Shown here: positions 56,227 through 64,000 of the stretch, in pieces | Layout: every line of letters starts with the position of its first letter | How positions within the stretch are numbered: position 1 is the first letter of the stretch | Source: the human T2T-CHM13v2.0 reference genome, Homo sapiens | DNA length: 64,000 nt | Direction: 5' to 3' (one strand) | Assembly: GCF_009914755.1 (NCBI RefSeq) | Contig: NC_060934.1 | Translations under genes and position numbers: made by a program | Notes under the pieces: generated by a model | Seen by the model: only the letters and a program-made list of their open reading frames with translations | The model's database searches: none | Told to the model about the DNA's origin: nothing

Positions 56227-56485
56227 CATTGCTCCACGCAGTGACCTGCCACGTAGCGGCCACCAGCAAACCCAGCCCCACTGTCCAGGCTCCTGTGGAT
56301 ACCACCCCCCCACCCCCACCCCTGCTTGGGGCGTCTTCCACTTGCGGTTCCGAAGGAGGCTGAGAAACCACCCTCAAGGGCGCTCACCTGCTCCTTGTTG
56401 CACGTAATGACCTGCCACGCAGGGCAACCAGCAAACCCAGCTCCACCATCCAGGCTCTGGTGGGTAACCGCCCCCCCAGCCCCAG
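56227..56485. repeat. Imperfect direct duplication (~90 bp, period 166)
   Basis: TGACCTGCCACG...ACCAGCAAACCCAGC...TCCAGGCTC at 56242 and 56408. Confidence 0.8.
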
Positions 56486-57864
56486 GTGTCTGGGAGGCTC
56501 AAAAACTGCCCTCCAAGGGCACTCATCTGTTCCTTATTGCACTAATACCTCGTTTACAGAAATCCACTTTGACTTCCCTGCACTGCAGGTGTGACAATTT
56601 AGGAATCCTGCTTGCTTGTGAGCTCCAAGAGCTTGAGGTCACGTCCACCTCACCAGCATCCCAGGACCCAGTACTGTCCCACTCTGTGATTGTGTGTTTA
56701 AAATTCCAAAATACTCTTTCAGAATGCTATTGGCATTTGGTCTGCACATAAAATGCTAAAAACCCTCAAGTGAAACAAGTATCTTCAACAGTTTGATTCA
56801 ATCATGTGAGTTACACATCTGCCAAGTTGTAAAGCCTCATGCATTTTTCTGATAATATTTTCTTATGTATGGTCAAATGGTTCATTAATATAAATTACAA
56901 GAATCTCTAAGAAACAGGTTTTTTTCTGGCATTAGATGACCAAAGGAAAACTGGGTTCTGGCTGGCTTGCAGGCCTGGAGAGGCAGACATATCTGCTGAA
57001 ACACAACCAAGCTCCTTCCCACTGACATGGCCTCGTCCCAGGCCCCTGAGCCGGACGCCCGCAGGCCCCTGGAGGAGCAAGCTGACCTGCCCACATTTCT
57101 CAAATGCACAGCTGTCGCTCGCACTGCAGACAGAGCTCAAGGCACGAGCAGGCGCCCACCATGCTAAAAATACCACACAGCGTCCACGCCAGGTGACGGT
57201 GGCTTTCACTCCATCCCAAAGCTCCATGTATGAATTTAGTCATGACTACTAATGATTTTTAGACTCTCATGACAGACTTTGTTTGCTTTTATGCAACAAA
57301 GTTAAAAGACTATCACTCAACTACAGCCTCTGAAACCGTGGAATAATTATTTGGGAACAGAGCCTCTGCCAGATCAGGATAAGTGCTTGGGACAATACCC
57401 CGTGACCTCGGTCCACACAGACACGTGCAGACCAGAGCCCTCCCGCACTGCTCAGCCACACGGCCACGTTCAGGCTGAAGCCGCACGATCGCCAGAAACA
57501 CTGTCCCTCGCCAAGGTATGCCTGGCTTCTCCCTTTTTCCAGAACTTAACAAAACCTGAAAGGACAGGTCTGTGTAGAAAAACATCAAAAATACTTCCAA
57601 TTCTTCTTTCCAGCTGAGGCTGCAGGAAGCTCATTTCAGCCCTCACTGTGTTCTGACTGTGGCCTGCTTCCCATAAGAAATAAAATCAGAATTCTAGTCG
57701 CTGTCTCCTGAGCTGTGTGGCAGGCGGACATACCTTCAGTTATGTGAGGAAAGGCACGGTGAGCCCCCTTCCTTCAGTAAAACTGCAGTTCCCAGAACAC
57801 TGATGCCGTCCCCCTAACGCCACTGTGAACACCTGGACAAGTCACATTTCAATACGTGCACCTT

Positions 57865-58080
57865 CGTGGGCTAGTTTTACTACTTCTCTATTAAATCACC
57901 CCAAACTTAGTGCCCCAAACAACACGAACTTATTTTCTCACATTTCTGGAAACTGGAATCCAAAACAGGTCCCACCAGCTAACGTCGAGATGTCAGCAGG
58001 GCTGGCTCCGGGGAAGCGACCGTCTCCTTGCCTCCCTCAGCCTCTAGAGGCTTCCGCATCCCCTGGTCCTTATGGCACCC
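57865..58080 (-). mobile_element. MaLR LTR fragment (MLT1-like)
   Basis: AAATCACCCCAAACTTAGTG...TCTCACATTTCTGGA...GATGTCAGCAGGGCTG...CAGCCTCTAGAGGC. Confidence 0.6.
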
Positions 58081-59841
58081 ACCATCTTCAGAGCCCACGG
58101 CAGCCCTGGCGGCTCCTCAACAGGAAGACGCAGAATATCGGGAGCACAGGCTTTATGCCAGGGCCAGGACCAAGCCCGCCCGCCCGCCCTCCCACCCAGC
58201 TCCTCACGCACTCCCGTGCGAGCTAATATAGATTCCACTTTAACTAGTGTCACCTGTGCAAGGGGTAAGTGCCCAGCTGTGAACCTGGTTACCCTCACCC
58301 ACACAGACCCCAGGAATAAACTCATGGGCCATGGACCACTCCACAAGCAATGAGTGACCACCTGGTCGGGGACCTCCATGGCCCAGCAGAGCCCTCTGGT
58401 GCCTCCCCATGGGCCCAGGGACCGGCAGGCTGGGCTCTGCAGCGCCAGAGAGTCCTGGATAAAAATGGCAGCTCCCGTGTTGGGAGGCACCCGCCCGTGG
58501 ATGGGTTCCCTGTACTTTAAGTAGACCAGGTGGACAAGCTACACCACTCACGGCTCCATCACTAGAATAACAGCTGCACGTGGCAAGTGCACGGGGTGGC
58601 CACCCCTTCAGCCCAGCTGGCTGCACTAAGCACATCACCGGCAAGACACCCAATCAGATGCAGCTGCTGGCACAGCCCAGGTGTCGGCCCCCAAGAACAT
58701 TCTGGATCACAATTCACAGTAGTGATTGCGATCAGGGTCACATGTGGCTGAATGTATTTACGGAGGACGCCACAGCCGATCTGGCTGGACGGAGAGCATT
58801 TCCCCTTGTATAGTCTTACAAGGCCATTTTATTTGTGCTTTATTCAATTTTTATGGCTTTTTTCTGCCTATCTATTTTATGGGAGTGTTTCTTGTTCTTA
58901 CAACTGCAGTGATACTTCAAGCTACAACTATCAATGTGTAAAATTAGTTTGGAAGGCGCCTTATCATTAAACGTTTCACAAGCAAGCAGTCAGAGGCACC
59001 TAAACCACAGGCCTGTTTTCTTCTCTGAGCCAAACCTACATTGGACTCAAAGAAAACGGCACACGGAGAGGGGCTGGATCTCCAGCACCCATTCCTAGGG
59101 GGCCTCCTGAGGGGCAGATACGGAGGGAGAAGCCCTGGGCTATGGCACCGTCGTACTAAAGAAAAGTCCATTTGGGTAAATTTAAGCACCAGACAAGAAA
59201 TTAAGCAAACCATGAAAAGAAACCACTAACCACAGCTTCTCCAAAACAGAACTAAACTACCTTTAGTTTGAATTGGAAAAGCAGAAGTGATGATCAGGAT
59301 ACAAAAAAATGACAAAGTATCTGAACACGGGAGAATAAACAAGGGCCACTGTCTCCTCCTGTGTCAGTGGGAGCCTCGCATCTAAGCTGGATTTAGAAGG
59401 TTGCTACTTTGGACTGAAAGTTATCCCCAACCCTGCTTTGTAAGCAAGTGGAGCAGAACGCTTCAATTATTTCAACGTTTAGTGGTAAAGCTCTGCAACT
59501 CTCAAAACCATTTTAATTGGTGTGAATTTTATAGTAACTAAATCTGTCGGCTGGAGTATCTAACGGCTTAACCACGGGGTCATGTGGGAAGATTATTCCA
59601 GTTGTTTTTGTTTTTCCCACTGAAGATGCATTTGAACGTTCTTGTAGTTTTCAGTTGGCTGGTTCTGACGTTTGGTCCTGAGGAGGCCCAAGTACCTGGA
59701 GAGGAAGAATCTGAAACCTCAAGACACTTGAGTGCAGTCTTCAGAGAGGGAGACCCCGACCCAAGGGGCCACTGACGGACTCAACACAGGCACAGGGCCG
59801 CCCGACGCAACGGGCCACGTATTCGCCACTTACCAAACAAC

Positions 59842-60188
59842 ATAAGCACACACCCCCAGGTGTGCACACACCTTCTGTACATGCTCATCTGTGCCAATAT
59901 GAGCACACACCCCCAGGTGTGCACACGCTCTGTACACATCTGTCCCTGCCAACACCCACACACACCCCCAAGGTGTGCACACATGCTCTGTACATGCTCA
60001 CGAGTCTGTGCCAATATGAGCACACACCACCCCCGGGGTGCACACACTATGTGCTCACGAGTCTGCCAATATGAGCACACAACCCCAGGTGTGCACACAC
60101 GCTCTGTATGCGCTCACGAGTCTATGCCAATATGAGCACACACCCCCCAGGGGTGCACACACACTCTGCACATACATCTGTCCCTGCA
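59842..60188. repeat. Diverged ~56-62-bp tandem repeat, ~6 copies
   Basis: TGCCAATATGAGCACACACCCCCAGGTGTGCACAC..CTCTGTACATGCTCA. Confidence 0.88.
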
Positions 60189-60901
60189 GCCTGAGTCAAA
60201 CAGTCACAGAGAGGAAGAGGAGGAGGAGGAAGGATGCGATGGGCACTGAGGTCTTGGGCCGGCTCCCCTCCCTATCTCGGGGGAGACCCCTCGTGTGATC
60301 CTGCCATCACTCACCCTTCCGCCTCCATCCTCCATCCTCCCACGTGGATCAGGAGGACGCCCACTGCACAGAGCTGTGATGAGCATGAACAAAAGACGGC
60401 AGGAGCTCATGCCAAGGTGCTGAGCACGGGGCCTACGGAGTGCTTCTTTCTGCTGCGGCTGACATCATCAAACAAGAGGTTGACATGGCTTCCGGAGAGG
60501 ATGTCATTCGCTGATAAACTGAAACATGTGACCTAGAATCTACTGTGAAGGTCTAAGAACAAACCAACAAACCAAATGGTTTTGTTTGTTTTTCAAACAC
60601 CATAGCCTGTTTTTTCTTTTTTTTAATGCTCTACCGTGTGTCTTAGTTTAATTTCAAAGTAAGTCCAATAAATACACAAAATCACAGGACTGAGCATGGA
60701 GCATTGTTTCCCTTTGTGTCCTCCAGCCTTTAGGACACATTAAGGAAAGACATGATTCCAGGATTCCCATTAGAAAGGCTGCCCTGAGGCACCTGCTGGG
60801 GCTGCCAAGTCGCAGCTGTTGATGCTGCCCCCAAGCTGCTTGGATGAAGCGGAAGATTCCAGAAGTCTCTTCTCCTCCACCCCTCGCCCAGGAGAGATGG
60901 T

Positions 60902-61063
60902 AGGGGGAGGGAGGAGGGGGAGGGAGGAGGGGGAGGGAGGGAGGAGGGGGGAGAGGGAAGGGAGGGAGGGGGAGGGGGAGGGGGAAAGGAGGAAGGGGGA
61001 GGGAGGGAGGGGGAGAGAAGAAGGGGGAGGGAGGGAGGAGGGGAAGGGAGGGAGGGAAGAGAG
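60902..61063 (+). repeat. Pure polypurine (GGA/GGGA) tract
   Basis: ~160 bp of G/A only. Confidence 0.95.
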
Positions 61064-61096
61064 GCATGTTCCATCCACCAAAGCAGCTGCATTGCA

Positions 61097-61245
61097 GTGA
61101 GAATGGAAGGCGTGTTGCCTCTCAGAACAGCGAGTTCAAGCTGTTTATAACTGTTAGCATAAACAGTGACCAGCTGAGGACAGGGCTGTAATTGGAGTTG
61201 ACAACATTTTATTTTCATAGTTGATATCAGGGACCTGGACCTAAA
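61097..61245 (-). repeat. Left arm of a non-Alu inverted repeat (partner 63718-63865)
   Basis: Reverse complement of 61097-61193 matches 63769-63865 at 83/97 positions without gaps (manual alignment); weaker similarity extends ~50 bp further. Confidence 0.92.
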
Positions 61246-61444
61246 GCACCATGCCTTGCCCTTTCGCCGATGGGCCAATGCCTCTCTATGCTTGAGTCCA
61301 TTTGACTAAATACCCGATATTGACTTGGAATTATGACGTGTAGGATACCCCTTACCACAGTAACGTCAAACTCACGTTCTTCACGTTCTAAATGTAACTT
61401 GCTCAGGGACTGGCTTCTAACTCCAGGTGGGAATGTTAAGCTCA

Positions 61445-61530
61445 GTCCAGTTCAATTCAATAAGCATTTATCAAGAAACTACTAGATCAAGAGCTGTGTT
61501 AGACACTGGGTATGGGGTGATGGGGATACA
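61445..61530 (-). mobile_element. L2 3'-end fragment
   Basis: TTCAATTCAATAAGCATTTATCAAGAAACTACT...GCTGTGTTAGACACTGGG. Confidence 0.5.
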
Positions 61531-61815
61531 AAGATGTGGAATTAGAGCTCGAGAAGCTCAAATGCTCTCATTTAATTCCCTAATGCAATTACCCAGCTTC
61601 AGCCTGATGGCTGTAATGTCTAAATTCACTTTTTCTTTATTCCAATTCTACAGCGCAAAGCATAAATCATCACAGAGGAATGATTCTGTGTTGGAATATT
61701 CAGTGCACAGAGAGGTGCATTCTGACAGGCGTGAGACATTGTCACCCTTCCCAGGGAGCCAGTGAGGTGGCTGCACGGAGCACGCGTGTGAAGATTCAGG
61801 AGCACGAGCATCAGG

Positions 61816-62045
61816 TGACAGGAGGGGGCACGGAGGCAGCACCAGATGGATGTGTGCCGAGGGGATGCTGCAGCCGGGCTGGCGAGGGAGGTCACAGGAA
61901 CGGGCGCAGGCATCTCCCTCCAGCCGCACTTGACAGGAGGGGGCACAGAGGCAGCACCAGACGGATGCCTGCCAAGGGGACGCTGCAGCCGTGCTGGCGA
62001 GGGAGGTCACGGGAATGGGCACAGGCGTCTCCCTCCAGCCGCACT
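61816..62045. repeat. 115-bp tandem duplication
   Basis: TGACAGGAGGGGGCAC...CTCCCTCCAGCCGCACT at 61816-61930 and 61931-62045. Confidence 0.93.
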
Positions 62046-62096
62046 TAGGTTTTCATGAGGACGGGTGCAGAGAAGGGGATGAAACCGAAATGCTGT

Positions 62097-62460
62097 GGGG
62101 CTGAGGGGAGGAGGGGAGGGATGCAGGGCTGAGGGCTGAGGGGAGGAGGGGAGGGATGGACACAAGGCCAAGGGGAAGAGGGGAGGGATGCAGGGCTGAG
62201 GGGAGGAGGGGAGGGATGCAGGGCTGAGGGGAGGAGGGGAGGGACGCAGGGCCGAGGGCTGAGGGGAGGAGGGGAAGGAAGGACGCAGGGGCGAGGGGAA
62301 GAGGGGAGGGATGCAAGGCTGAAGGGAGGAGGGGAGGGACGCAGGGCCGAGGGCTGAGGGGAGGAGGGGAGGAGGGGAGGGACGGACGCAGGGCCAAGGG
62401 GAAGAGGGGAGGGATGCAGGGCTGAGGGGAGCAGGGGAGGGATGTAGGGCCGAGGGCTGG
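62097..62460 (+). repeat. G-rich ~28-35-bp tandem repeat
   Basis: GAGGGGAGGAGGGGAGGGATGCAGGGCT with variants, ~11 copies. Confidence 0.92.
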
Positions 62461-63717
62461 CCACTGCCCCTTGCATCCATGCCCCTATGAATGCTGCCAA
62501 AATCAGCCCCAACAGTGAGAAGTGAGGTGGATGAAAGAGGCGGACAGACTTGGCTTCCACAGCCTTCACAGATTATACAGTCATTAAAAATTCCTTCTGA
62601 GTTTTCATCTGGAAAACTTTGCAAATATATTTAGAGACAAGAGGTCAAAGATGAAGCCAACACAGTTGGGCTCGAACCGCCACCCTGCTCCTTCTCTCTG
62701 CACCCGGGACCCGCCCTGAGCCCCTGAGTGCGAGGACTCGGGAACTGCCCAGCCCAAGGGCGCAGCCCCTGACCAGAGAAGGGAGCCGCACGGCGAGGCC
62801 CCCAGCACATGGATGGAGGGATCTGTTATCTCGGTCCCAGGGTCCCAAGCGGGGAAGGCCTGGGGCTCCCAGCTGAAGCTTTGCTGTCACCTCTGTCACC
62901 AAAGTTGAGAAGGACTGAGTGGGACCAAAGCCGGACCTGCCAGCTCCTCGGTGGCTGCAGATGGGGCCCTCACGCTGCAGGTGGGACCGTCTAGGGGAGC
63001 CCACAGACAGCATCAAAAATCACAGCCACAAGTGCTCCAGGGGCCCCAAAACACAAGCACAGCCTGAGGAAGGCAGCGCCCGCTCAGCTCCACATCCAGG
63101 CTTTTGTGCCTCACTCAAGAGGCACACAGCACCAGAACACGGCTCTTTAAGTGCCTTTCTAGGGTGTACGAACACAAAGTGGGGCCTTGAGTGGCTTGGA
63201 AGTCACTCCCACCAGCCCACGGGGGCCCGGGCAGCCCCTCTGGATGTGGCTGGAGTCTCTCCAGGGCGGGCTCCAAAGTCCCACGGAGGAGGCGAGCGTC
63301 GGTCTTGCTCTGACCTGAGGCAGCCCCCTGACAAGTATGCTGAATATGCAGGCACACAGCTGGCTGACTCATCTGAAAGGGACCTGCTGAGCCACGAGCC
63401 AGGGACGCTTGGAGAGAACCTGACTGACACATGAACCCTCCCCAGGAGCTCACCTGGGGCACCCACGAGAAAACTACGGAAGCTGTGAAGACGGAGGTGT
63501 GCATGTGGCCGGGAGAACCCGGGGGGGGAGCCGCACTGGGGACAGAGGGGTGGGCCCCACGAGCAAACGAGGGAGGCGCTCGGTGCCCTGAAGGCCCCGC
63601 TGCACCCACAGCTGCAGGCCTGGCCGGCGGCGCAACCTTGGCTGCCAGGGCCCAGGAGCATGTGTGTTGGGCAGGAGCTGCCCAGCCCTCCTGGAGCCGC
63701 ACTATGGGCACCGTCAT

Positions 63718-63865
63718 TTTAGACGCAGGTGCCTGATATTAACGATGACAATCAACCATGCCACCCTGAATTACAGCCGTGTCCTCAGCGGGTCACTGTT
63801 TACGCTGACAATTACAAACAGCTTGAACTCACTGTCCCAAGAGGCAACAAGCCCTTCATTATCAC
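63718..63865 (+). repeat. Right arm of a non-Alu inverted repeat (partner 61097-61245)
   Basis: AATTACAGCCGTGTCCTCAGCGGGTCACTGTTTACGCTGACAATTACAAACAGCTTGAACTC... aligns to the reverse complement of the left arm. Confidence 0.92.
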
Positions 63866-64000
63866 GGCCGCAAGCCTCTGCGCAGCCCTCCTCCCCCGCC
63901 GCTTCCCGTCAGGGCAACGTGAAGTCCCATGACAGTGACTCAGAGCCAGCACAGTAGCTTCAGTGCAGAAAAAAAATCACAAAAACTCAAATACATCCTA

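Noticed and set aside
60730-63932. Two similar peptides on opposite strands as paralogous genes
   Set aside because: The similarity follows from the DNA inverted repeat. Many differences change amino acids, and the flanking ORF parts are low-complexity with non-ATG starts.

Overview
This is primate, very probably human, non-coding genomic DNA. It contains 11 Alu copies or fragments (one with AluYg6-lineage diagnostics), MIR, L1 and L2 fragments, MaLR LTRs and MER DNA transposon fossils. I found no supportable protein-coding exon, RNA gene or CRISPR array; the ORF track reflects Alu, VNTR, low-complexity and chance GC-rich ORFs. The + strand looks A/C-rich by eye, and the best splice signals lie on the minus strand. 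The window is therefore probably intronic in a large minus-strand gene, which I cannot identify. The density of GC-rich minisatellites suggests a subtelomeric-type region (inference). The most unusual observation is a non-Alu, ungapped, ~86%-identical inverted repeat with arms at ~61.1 kb and ~63.8 kb, whose mismatches are biased toward G-U pairing on the minus strand. Other points of interest are VNTRs arising inside transposon fossils, higher-order VNTR structure, a young AluYg6-type insertion, enhancer-like AT-rich islands and a few weak minus-strand exon candidates. Repeat family names come from recalled consensus sequences, not a database search, and boundaries of old repeats are approximate.
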